In this document: positions 51,452 through 61,955 of the stretch, in pieces | How positions within the stretch are numbered: the first letter of the stretch is position 1 | How the letters are laid out: the number at the start of each line of letters is the position of its first letter | Source: an uncultured Prevotellaceae bacterium | GTDB lineage: Bacteria > Bacteroidota > Bacteroidia > Bacteroidales > Bacteroidaceae | Length of the DNA: 64,000 nucleotides | NCBI GenBank assembly: GCA_902770845.1 | Contig: CACXUV010000003.1 | Span: 1,298-65,297 of the forward strand | Direction of reading: 5' to 3' | Made by a program: the position numbers and the translations under genes | The notes under the pieces: generated by a model | Databases searched by the model: none | Told to the model about the DNA's origin: nothing | Seen by the model: the letters and a program-made list of their open reading frames with translations, nothing else

Positions 51452-52195
51452 CTACCGCAAATGCAAATACAGACTGACACCGCCCGTGAAGTTCCGGCAC
51501 TCCTGCAAAGCGCACTGCACAAGCAAACATTTGAACAACAGGCAGTCGGCTCCGATGTTTACTTCTGCGCCGTCCCATTCGCCAATGACTCTCAGATTCT
51601 TGTAGAAAGACGGTCTCACGGTCAGACCGCCCACCACTCCGTTCCACTTGCTGTTATAGTCACGCTTCCAGTGGCGATAGGCCAAATGGGCGCCTAACTG
51701 ATTGCCACCCAAACTGAAATGCTTCGATGCCGCAGCAAAGAAATTGCGATAAAAATTGCTGCCCGATTGGCCATCATCGCCACTGCCCCACACGTCGTTG
51801 CCGCCCACCACGAGCGACGGCCAATAGCGACCCTCCTTCAGTGGCTGCAAATAGAGCGAGAAATAGCGGTCCTTGGCATAAAAACCTGTCTTCTGACTTT
51901 TATCATGGTTGCGATGAAGCTTCCAGAGCGTGTAGCCATAGCCAATCTGAATCCAGGAGAATGGAGTGATGGAAAGATAGTTTGTCAACGAGCTGAACTT
52001 CTCGCCATCACACGTCAAGCCATCGGGAATCATTTCTTTTGGCACATAGTGCAAGCCCACACGAGCCACACCTGCAGAGTCCATCACAGCTGTGGGCACA
52101 TGGATAAGTCCCTGCATGCCTGCATATTGCTGGGCCTTGCTCATCAAAACGAAAGCAAGAAACAGCCAGAAAAGAAACATGCGTCGCTGCATCAT
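51452..52195 (-). CDS. YjbH-domain outer-membrane protein
   Basis: Signal peptide, GMQGLIHVPTA, KDRYFS...LKEGRYWPSLVVG, EWDG..VNIG. Confidence 0.75.
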   Translation of the reverse strand: MMQRRMFLFWLFLAFVLMSKAQQYAGMQGLIHVPTAVMDSAGVARVGLHYVPKEMIPDGLTCDGEKFSSLTNYLSITPFSWIQIGYGYTLWKLHRNHDKSQKTGFYAKDRYFSLYLQPLKEGRYWPSLVVGGNDVWGSGDDGQSGSNFYRNFFAAASKHFSLGGNQLGAHLAYRHWKRDYNSKWNGVVGGLTVRPSFYKNLRVIGEWDGAEVNIGADCLLFKCLLVQCALQECRNFTGGVSLYLHLR

Positions 52196-53106
52196 GGCTC
52201 ACCTCCTTCCATCTTCCCCGTGCCCCAGGGCACTTGTATGGCATTCTGTCGCTCGTTTTCTTCAGGGTCGGTAAAGAAGTTCTTCATCGACACGCCATCA
52301 CTCTGTGCATTGTAAGTAAGCCTGAAGTTCGAGGCTGGTCTGAACACCACCTTCCTGTTGCTCTTCCTATAGGGCGGCAACATCATGACAACCTTGAACC
52401 CACCAGCCTCACGCTGGTAGGTGTACATATCATTTCCACGCTCATGCAACTGGCCAAACACGCCCACCGTGCAATGGCGGAAATGGCGCATCACGTCGAG
52501 CTGCACACCCATGTCTTCGTTCATGTAGCGGCCACCCGTCAGCCGAAACTCGGTGTTATACTTGCCTATGTAAAACGAAGCGCCAGCCTGTGCAGTAGCA
52601 ATCCACTTGCCATCCATGTAGGATTCATAGGCGCCGTCCCAGCCGAAGCCGAAAGCCCAGTGGCGAGTAACGTCGGCCCGCGCCATCAGCATCAGCCAGT
52701 CGCAAATGGGGTACATCCAGCGCAAATCAAATCCACAGCGTTCTTTTCCAAAGAAACCTGCCGAGAACTTGAAATACTGACGGGCGGCATGCAGATGAAG
52801 TTCTTTGGAGACCACGGCCATGTTGGCACGCACCATACTGTAATGTTTGCCATAACCATCGTTGATCACCGGCACAAAAGCCTGTCCCGACAGCATCCAG
52901 TCATGGCCCAGATGCCACTTGACACCAGGCGTCAGATTGAGCAGCACATCATAAAGGCGAATGAAATTCACATCAGCATAGCTCAGGTCAGCACCACAAA
53001 ACAGTTCCACCTTTGTTTGCGCCGGTAATGCCACAGGCAAACAAAACAGAAAAAGAACAACACTGAACCTAAGCCTTCGGACAATGCTACTTATCGAGTT
53101 CCTCAT
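52192..53106 (-). CDS. YjbH-like beta-barrel protein
   Basis: Signal peptide, alternating aromatic strands, GGRYMNEDMG...RHF; coupled to both neighbours. Confidence 0.6.
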   Translation of the reverse strand: MRNSISSIVRRLRFSVVLFLFCLPVALPAQTKVELFCGADLSYADVNFIRLYDVLLNLTPGVKWHLGHDWMLSGQAFVPVINDGYGKHYSMVRANMAVVSKELHLHAARQYFKFSAGFFGKERCGFDLRWMYPICDWLMLMARADVTRHWAFGFGWDGAYESYMDGKWIATAQAGASFYIGKYNTEFRLTGGRYMNEDMGVQLDVMRHFRHCTVGVFGQLHERGNDMYTYQREAGGFKVVMMLPPYRKSNRKVVFRPASNFRLTYNAQSDGVSMKNFFTDPEENERQNAIQVPWGTGKMEGGEP

Positions 53107-55024
53107 AGACCGAATTCTTACTCTTATATTCAGGAATAATGCTCTTCATTTCCTTGACGGTTGCAAGCTTGTCAAAGGTATAAGACACCTCAATCAGCTT
53201 GTCTATTTCCTGGCTCACGACCTCGAAATCATACTCGCGCACCTTGGCTATGCGAATCTTCTCATGAAATGATGGCTTGGTGTTTTCCTGATTGCTCAGC
53301 ACCTCTTCGTAAAGTTTCTCACCAGCACGCAGGCCCGTGTACTTCACTTCTACATTCTTGACACCACTCAATTTGATCATCCTCTTTGCCAAGTCGGCAA
53401 TGCGCACTGGCTTGCCCATATCGAACACCAGGATTTCGCCACCATTGCCCTTGACACCAGCCTCAAGCACCAACTGACAAGCCTCGGGAATGAGCATGAA
53501 GAAACGAATAATGTCTGGATGCGTCACCGTTACGGGCCCGCCATTCTTTATCTGTTCACGGAACAGGGGAATGACAGAGCCGTTGGAACCCAGCACATTG
53601 CCAAAGCGGGTGGTCACAAACTGGGTTGTCCCTTGATGCTGACGCAACCATTTGTCGAGCGACTGAACATAGATTTCACAAATGCGCTTTGAGCAACCCA
53701 TGACATTGGTGGGGTTCACTGCCTTGTCGGTTGAGATCATGACAAACTTCTTTACGCCATACTTCACCGAAAGATCGGCAATGATCTTGGTGCCAACAAT
53801 GTTGTTCTGCACAGCCTCGCAAGGGTTGTCTTCCATCATGGGCACATGCTTGTAGGCTGCAGCATGGAACACATAGTCGGGCTTAAACACAGAGAAAATC
53901 TTCTCCATTCGGTCCTTGTTGCAAATGGTGGCCACAATGGTCTCTGCCTTCTGCTGCGGCCAGTTGTTGGCCAACAGCAACCTTACATCGTGCAATGGTG
54001 TCTCGGCCTGGTCAATCAAAATCATCTCAGCCGGATTGAAGCCAGCAATCTGCCGCACCATTTCGCTGCCTATAGAGCCAGCAGCACCCGTAATCAAGAT
54101 GCGTTTTTCGCTCAATTCTTTGCCAATGCCCTGCAAGTCAACATTGATTACATTTCGAGGCAACAGGTCTTCCACCTGCACCTCCTTCATCTGCATGTTT
54201 CCAGCACTCTCACTGTCTTTGGCATTCCACTCCTTGGCAAATGACGCCATGTAAATCTTTACGTCTGCCTCTAAGAACAAATCTTGCAGTTCCTGATTGT
54301 TGCGAAACTCTTCTGTGCGCAAAGGCGACACCAGCACGGCCGTGATGCCTTGCTTCTCTATGGCTTCCTTGACTGCAGAAAGATTCTCATAGACCCTGAC
54401 ACCCATGAGCAAATGATGGGTATAGCTTTGGTCATGTGCAATAAAGCCTCTGAGCAAGAAGCGTGTGGGCTTTTGCGAGCGAATGCTTTTTGCCACACTC
54501 ACGCCTCCATCCTGAGTGCCATAAATCAAAGCCTTTTGTGCCTGCTTGTCGCTTGTTGTAACATCATAGAGGGTTTTCACCAGCACTCTCACAGCCCACA
54601 TCAAGGCCGTGGCCAACATAAACATCAGCAGCAACTGCCATGTATCGAAAAAGGCAAATGTGTCAGTGGGTGCCGTAAAAACAGTGTAACGAAGTATTGT
54701 CGTAAGTGCAAAAGCCAGGAAATTAGCATAGCCCACTCGCTGCAAATCGACAAACGAAGAGAAACGAATGATGCCCGAATAGGTGCGGAATAAACGAAAG
54801 CATAAAATGCACACCACAAGATAGACCAGCAGCACACGCAGCAATGCCCTGAAATTCAGAAGTGTATCATAGCCACGATGATACACGTAATAAATCAATA
54901 TGCCAGAAAAAAGTTCTACCAGCAAATCCATTGCCAGTATGCACCAGTATGGTAATGACTTACGTCTGAAGTACCAATTCAGCAGCGACGAAGCAAAATT
55001 TACCCCCCCCCATATTGTATTCAT
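53087..55024 (-). CDS. CapD/WbpM-like nucleoside-diphosphate sugar dehydratase
   Basis: 4 TM segments, ITGAAGSIGSE, FHAAAYKHVP, ISTDKAVNPTNVMG, RFGNVLGSNGSV, GEKLYEE; ATG at 55024. Confidence 0.92.
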   Translation of the reverse strand: MNTIWGGVNFASSLLNWYFRRKSLPYWCILAMDLLVELFSGILIYYVYHRGYDTLLNFRALLRVLLVYLVVCILCFRLFRTYSGIIRFSSFVDLQRVGYANFLAFALTTILRYTVFTAPTDTFAFFDTWQLLLMFMLATALMWAVRVLVKTLYDVTTSDKQAQKALIYGTQDGGVSVAKSIRSQKPTRFLLRGFIAHDQSYTHHLLMGVRVYENLSAVKEAIEKQGITAVLVSPLRTEEFRNNQELQDLFLEADVKIYMASFAKEWNAKDSESAGNMQMKEVQVEDLLPRNVINVDLQGIGKELSEKRILITGAAGSIGSEMVRQIAGFNPAEMILIDQAETPLHDVRLLLANNWPQQKAETIVATICNKDRMEKIFSVFKPDYVFHAAAYKHVPMMEDNPCEAVQNNIVGTKIIADLSVKYGVKKFVMISTDKAVNPTNVMGCSKRICEIYVQSLDKWLRQHQGTTQFVTTRFGNVLGSNGSVIPLFREQIKNGGPVTVTHPDIIRFFMLIPEACQLVLEAGVKGNGGEILVFDMGKPVRIADLAKRMIKLSGVKNVEVKYTGLRAGEKLYEEVLSNQENTKPSFHEKIRIAKVREYDFEVVSQEIDKLIEVSYTFDKLATVKEMKSIIPEYKSKNSVYEELDK

Positions 55025-55126
55025 GATATAATAGGTATAACTAATAAAGACCCAACTAAATATTTCATGTTGCAAAATTACAACATTTATTGTAAACGAC
55101 AAAGAAATAATACAATTTTTCTAAGC

Positions 55127-55208
55127 TTCAGCCTGATTCAAATATTCCCGTAGGCATGGCATGTTTCTTCAACCTAATTCAAATATTCCCGTAGGCATGG
55201 TACGTTTC
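55127..55208. repeat. 41-bp tandem duplication of the MBL gene 3' end
   Basis: Minus strand gaaacgtaccatgcctacgggaatatttgaattaggttgaa / gaaacatgccatgcctacgggaatatttgaatcaggctgaa. Confidence 0.9.
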
Positions 55209-55972
55209 AACACTTCCAATGCAAAGTCCTTGCCAGCCACGACGCCATAGGACCTGAGAATGCTTTCCACCGTTTTGCGTGCCAACTCCGGATGGTTGTT
55301 TTCTTCCGACAAATGGCAAAGCCACACGTGGCGCAGGTCTTCGCTCATGTTGCAGGCAATAGCCTCAGCACAATCAACATTGCTCAGATGACCGGTCTTG
55401 CTGTGTATGCGCACCTTCAAATGCTGCGGATAAGGTCCATGCTCCAGCATTTCCAAATCATGATTGGCCTCAATCACCAAATGCTGTGCTCGCCCAATGT
55501 ATTGAGCCATCTCGTCGGTCACACAACCTGCATCTGTGATAACACAGAAGTTGGCGTCTCCCGTCTCAATAAAATAGCCCACATTGTCGCTGCTGTCGTG
55601 TGGCACGGAAAAGGGCGTAACGGTGAAATCGCCCATCTGAACAGTAACGCCAGGTTCCAGGATGTGACGCAATTCGGTTCCCACCTTGCGCTGCACGCAA
55701 TAGTTGCGGTCAATGCCCTTGTGCACAGCGGCCGTTGCAAAGACAGGCAAATGCATGTCATAACTGATGCTGCCCACCGACTTAATGTGATCGGCATGGT
55801 CGTGGGTAATGAGTATGCGCCTCACGTGCGACAAATTCAGACCATAGTCTTTGAAGTGCTTGCGCAGTGTGCGTATGCCCACCCCAACGTCGATCAACAA
55901 ACCGTCGGTCTCCGTAAAAAGGTAGTAGCAATTTCCGCTACTTCCGCTTCCAAAAGAGATAAATTTGAGCAT
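55169..55972 (-). CDS. MBL-fold metallo-hydrolase (YycJ/WalJ-like)
   Basis: SGSSGNC, THDHADH, VPHD, IEANHD, GHLSN, HLSEENN. Confidence 0.9.
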   Translation of the reverse strand: MLKFISFGSGSSGNCYYLFTETDGLLIDVGVGIRTLRKHFKDYGLNLSHVRRILITHDHADHIKSVGSISYDMHLPVFATAAVHKGIDRNYCVQRKVGTELRHILEPGVTVQMGDFTVTPFSVPHDSSDNVGYFIETGDANFCVITDAGCVTDEMAQYIGRAQHLVIEANHDLEMLEHGPYPQHLKVRIHSKTGHLSNVDCAEAIACNMSEDLRHVWLCHLSEENNHPELARKTVESILRSYGVVAGKDFALEVLKRTMPTGIFELG

Positions 55973-56106
55973 CGTTTTTTTAATTTGGCTGCAAAGGTAG
56001 CAAAAAAATCTATATCTTGACAGCCCCACTCTGAAGTTTTTAAATCGTTTGCCAATATTTTGGAAAGATTAATAATTAGAACTCCCCACGAATGGAAGAT
56101 TCGGCA

Positions 56107-56172
56107 TTAGAACGGAAGACCCACGGCAAAACAGAAAAATCAGAACGGAAGACCCACGGCAAAGTGGAAAGC
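56107..56172. repeat. 33-bp tandem duplication of the TamL/BamA gene 3' end
   Basis: agaacggaagacccacggcaaa exact at 56109 and 56142. Confidence 0.9.
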
Positions 56173-58386
56173 ATAGTCACGACTGAAGCGAGGATGGATG
56201 ATGGGAAAATGTTCGTCGTCGTCAGACTCATAGGCAGGATTAATGGCTTTCATGCCAAGATCAAAACGAAGAATGAAGTAATCGAAATTGAAACGCAGCC
56301 CCAATCCATAGCTCACAGCCATTTGCGACAGGAACTTATCTGCCTGGAACTGTCCGCCTGGCTGGTTCTCATAGCTGCGCAGGGTCCAGATGTTGCCCGC
56401 ATCCACAAAGAGTGCACCGCCAAACTTCCAAAACAAATGGGTGCGATACTCTGCGTTCAGGTCGATCTTCATGTCACCCGTCTGATTGATGAAGTTGATG
56501 CGACCGTCGCGCTCTTTATACTTTCCAGGTCCCAGCGACCTGACACTCCATCCACGCACACTGTTGGCACCGCCGGAGAAATAGCGTTTCTCGAATGGCA
56601 GCACAGTGCTGTTGCCGTAAGGGTAGGCAATGCCAACCCCCAAATGAAACACCAACTGGTTGTTGGCATCTATCAGAAAAGAGCGTGTCAGGTCAATATC
56701 GCCTTTCACGTACTGTGCAAAGGCAATGTTGAACAGGCGATACTGGTCTTTGCTGTCTTTTTCGGCCCCAAACACGCGGGCACCCAGCGACAGCACATTG
56801 CCCGAAGTCTCAATATTGGTCTTCACAGCCACGTTGCGGTGGTTATAAGTATAGCCAAAGCCTATCTTGGTGATGAACAGGTCTTCGTAGTTATAGCGCA
56901 GAATGGCATTGCGCGAGTTTTCACTGTCAAGATACTCCCTGCGGAAAGTTGACGAGATCCAGGGCATGAACACATAGTTCAGGTCTAGCAAATCCAGTTG
57001 ATAGCGGTCGTGCCGATGCGGAAAAGACCACTTATAGCGCCATGCCGTGGAAAGCACACGACGGTGAAATTCCGGGCGGTTCTGCATGTCGTAGAGCAGC
57101 GAAACCTCGCTCGATGCATTGACTTGGCGACGAATGGAACGGGTGACGAATGGCGTAATGAAACGGGGAAACGACAGACGCGTCTCAACCGAATACTCCA
57201 AAAAGTTCTGGCTGCTATAGCCTTCCAAGCCACGAATGGCCTCATAGGCTCCACGCAATTCGATGCTGAAGAGCTCACTGCCACGAAACAAATTGCAATT
57301 CTGATAAGTGAGCGATGCTGCAGCACCCAGGTCGCCAGCAGTATTGGTGCCTTCAGGCTGGAAGCTCACGGTTGAAGGCTTGTTGGTTTGCAGCTGTATA
57401 TCGCAATCCAGCCACCCCACGGGCAGCTCACTGTCAGTGGTGTCGGCCACCTGGCGCAAGGTGATATTGGTGTATTTAACAGCTTGCAGACGCCCAAACT
57501 GATTATAGGTCTGCTGCAGTCCAGTAGCCGAATAAGGCTGTCCGGCATGCAGATGTGTGCACTCTTCGAGCACACCATGCCGCAAATGTATGCGCGAATC
57601 GGCAGCATCACCGCTGGCATAGGCAATGTGACGCATCAGATAGCGCGTGTGCAGTGTGTCGGGCAAATCGCTTCTGTGGTTCTGTGCCAGTCGCAACGTC
57701 AGGTCAATCAGACGAGAACCTGGCAGTGTGTCGGCCTGATAGGAAATGTACTCCTTGTGGAAGCGATAGTAGCCCAGATCGGCCAGCACCGACGTAATGC
57801 GCTTTCGTTCAGCGTCGAGACGGGCCACATCGAACTTCATGCCTTCATGCAACGTTCGATTGGCACTGTCGCCACGCTCGGCAAGCGTCCTGGCAATGAC
57901 CGTATCGGCAATTTCATAGCGCAGACTTTTCACAAAGAAAGGCTCGCCGGGATGCAGCAGATAGGTCACATCGGCTTTGCGCCCATGACATTGTGCCAGC
58001 AGTTCCACTGATGCGTTCAAATAGCCTTCATTGCGCAACTCCTGCTGCAAGTCGCGACATGTCTGTGCAGCCAGAAGCGAATCATAGAGCACCGGTGGCT
58101 CACCCATGTTGCGCAACGTGCGGTTCAACCATCGTGTGGTGTCACGGCCCGACAAGGAATAGGTGGCCAGCGGCAACTTAAAGAGAGAGAACCAGCGCGC
58201 ATTGGGATTCTGTCGCACATAGCTGCGCAACTGGCTGGTGCTTATATCGAAATAGTTGCCATCGGTCTGCACACGCACCTTGTTGAGCAAATGCTCATTG
58301 TCTGGCACATAGCGCGTGGTTGAACAGGCCCCACACAGGATGGCCAGCACAACCCATGACAACAAGAGGTAAAGCTTTTTTTGCAT
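56140..58386 (-). CDS. Omp85/TamA family lipoprotein (TamL-like)
   Basis: Lipobox CGAC, POTRA-like region, YFSGGANSVRGW, FVDAGNIW, C-terminal AVGLPF. Confidence 0.9.
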   Translation of the reverse strand: MQKKLYLLLSWVVLAILCGACSTTRYVPDNEHLLNKVRVQTDGNYFDISTSQLRSYVRQNPNARWFSLFKLPLATYSLSGRDTTRWLNRTLRNMGEPPVLYDSLLAAQTCRDLQQELRNEGYLNASVELLAQCHGRKADVTYLLHPGEPFFVKSLRYEIADTVIARTLAERGDSANRTLHEGMKFDVARLDAERKRITSVLADLGYYRFHKEYISYQADTLPGSRLIDLTLRLAQNHRSDLPDTLHTRYLMRHIAYASGDAADSRIHLRHGVLEECTHLHAGQPYSATGLQQTYNQFGRLQAVKYTNITLRQVADTTDSELPVGWLDCDIQLQTNKPSTVSFQPEGTNTAGDLGAAASLTYQNCNLFRGSELFSIELRGAYEAIRGLEGYSSQNFLEYSVETRLSFPRFITPFVTRSIRRQVNASSEVSLLYDMQNRPEFHRRVLSTAWRYKWSFPHRHDRYQLDLLDLNYVFMPWISSTFRREYLDSENSRNAILRYNYEDLFITKIGFGYTYNHRNVAVKTNIETSGNVLSLGARVFGAEKDSKDQYRLFNIAFAQYVKGDIDLTRSFLIDANNQLVFHLGVGIAYPYGNSTVLPFEKRYFSGGANSVRGWSVRSLGPGKYKERDGRINFINQTGDMKIDLNAEYRTHLFWKFGGALFVDAGNIWTLRSYENQPGGQFQADKFLSQMAVSYGLGLRFNFDYFILRFDLGMKAINPAYESDDDEHFPIIHPRFSRDYAFHFAVGLPF

Positions 58387-58396
58387 AATTCATGTG

Positions 58397-58444
58397 CAAA
58401 GGTACGAAAGAGTTAGGATATTTCCAAACTTTTTCATACCTTTG
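58397..58444. promoter_or_regulatory. Divergent pair of Bacteroidetes -7 elements
   Basis: TACCTTTG on minus (58397-58404) and on plus (58437-58444) between tamL and the TrmH gene. Confidence 0.65.
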
Positions 58445-58461
58445 CACGAAAAGTATTTTAC

Positions 58462-59205
58462 ATGCTAAGCAAGAATTTCATAAAACAGGTGCGCCAACTG
58501 GAGCAAAAAAAGTATCGACAACGCGAAGGCTTGTTCGTGGCCGAAGGTCCCAAAGTGGTTGGCGATCTGCTCAGGGCCGGCTTTGTGCCCCGTCAACTGG
58601 TGGCCACGAAAGAGTGGGAAGAAGCACCGTTTCAAGGCGAAGTGACTGAAGTGACACCCGACGAGCTCAGAAAGTTGAGTTTCCTGCAGCATCCGCAACA
58701 GGTGCTTGGCGTGTTTCCCCTGCCCCACCCTGCGGCTGAAAGTCTTCCCACAGGCACGCTTTCGCTGGCACTCGACGGAGTGCAAGACCCGGGAAATCTG
58801 GGCACCATCATCCGCATTGCCGACTGGTTTGGCATCACCCGCATCTTCTGTTCGCCCGACACGGCCGACGCCTGGAACCCCAAAGTAGTGCAGGCCACCA
58901 TGGGCAGCATTGCCCATGTGAGCATTGTCTACACCGAACTGTCCTCCCTGCTCAGTGGCACCTCCATGCCCATCTACGGAACCTTGCTCGATGGAAAGAA
59001 CATCTATCAGCAGGAACTTGCAGCCGAAGGGGTCATTGTCATGGGCAATGAGGGCAAAGGCATTTCGGCAGCCATACGCCAGTTGGTCACGCAGCCCCTG
59101 CTCATTCCCTGCTTCAACAGTGGCGAAACAGCCGAAAGCCTGAACGTGGCCATTGCAACGGCCATTACCTGTGCTGAGTTCAAACGCCGAAGTCTGGCAA
59201 AATGA
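58462..59205 (+). CDS. TrmH/SpoU family RNA methyltransferase
   Basis: FVAEG, DGVQDPGNLGTIIR, MGNEGKG, ESLNVA. Confidence 0.93.
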   Translation: MLSKNFIKQVRQLEQKKYRQREGLFVAEGPKVVGDLLRAGFVPRQLVATKEWEEAPFQGEVTEVTPDELRKLSFLQHPQQVLGVFPLPHPAAESLPTGTLSLALDGVQDPGNLGTIIRIADWFGITRIFCSPDTADAWNPKVVQATMGSIAHVSIVYTELSSLLSGTSMPIYGTLLDGKNIYQQELAAEGVIVMGNEGKGISAAIRQLVTQPLLIPCFNSGETAESLNVAIATAITCAEFKRRSLAK

Positions 59206-59208
59206 AAA

Positions 59209-59260
59209 GAACAGGCCGACACCCTTTATATATAAATAAGGTGTCGGCCTGTTTCCTTTT
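59209..59260. terminator. Bidirectional terminator
   Basis: aacaggccgacacc ... ggtgtcggcctgtt. Confidence 0.8.
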
Positions 59261-59292
59261 GAGCATTCCAAACGAATTATTCCGCAAACGAA

Positions 59293-61455
<2,163 letters not shown>

Positions 61456-61462
61456 CGTTCAT

Positions 61463-61523
61463 ATTTACTATTTGACGATTTACTATTGACTATTTATTTA
61501 CGATTTTTTTGATTTAGCTATTT
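61463..61523. repeat. 7-8 bp microsatellite arm, ATTTACT/ATTTACG type
   Basis: atttactatttgacgatttactattgactatttatttacgattt. Confidence 0.85.
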
Positions 61524-61884
61524 CGTCTGCACTCATTCTTGTCTTTGTCGTAACAATCGACTTTGCAATGATATTAAGCAACTCACATGCCTCCTGGTGC
61601 AATGGCATGAGGCGAGACTCTTTCATCATTTCACTACGCATGATTATTTCAAGCCAGTGGCAGGTCTCGTCTAATTCCTCTTCCACCATTTTCAGCTTGT
61701 TGACAAAATCCTTATCCGACTTTGCAAGACAAGCAGCCCGGTAGTTTGCGGAAGGCGAAGTTCCCGAGCGGATGATCTGACGAGAAACAGCCAATCCCGA
61801 TACCGTATTCGGCATTGAATCAACCATCTTTATAATTCTCACTGCAAAGTTCTTCATCCGTTCCTGCAATTCGTGCTTATCCAT
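61498..61884 (-). CDS. Four helix bundle protein (TIGR02436 / 23S rRNA IVP family)
   Basis: LQERMKNFAVRII, RQIIRSGTSPSANYRAA..AKSDKDFVNKLKMVEEELDETCHWLE, EACELLNI. Confidence 0.9.
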   Translation of the reverse strand: MDKHELQERMKNFAVRIIKMVDSMPNTVSGLAVSRQIIRSGTSPSANYRAACLAKSDKDFVNKLKMVEEELDETCHWLEIIMRSEMMKESRLMPLHQEACELLNIIAKSIVTTKTRMSADEIAKSKKS

Positions 61885-61892
61885 AAGGATTT

Positions 61893-61952
61893 AAATCATT
61901 AAATAGATAAATCGAAAATAAATCGTAAATAGTAAATAGTGAAATCGTAAAT
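61893..61952. repeat. 7-8 bp microsatellite arm, reverse complement of the 61463 arm
   Basis: aaatagataaatcgaaaataaatcgtaaatagtaaatagtgaaatcgtaaat. Confidence 0.85.
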
Positions 61953-61955
61953 TAA

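Noticed and set aside
61498-61884. Possible diversity-generating retroelement (Avd-like fold)
   Set aside because: No reverse transcriptase and no TR/VR pair with adenine-specific differences seen; the 3'-end duplicates differ at various bases.
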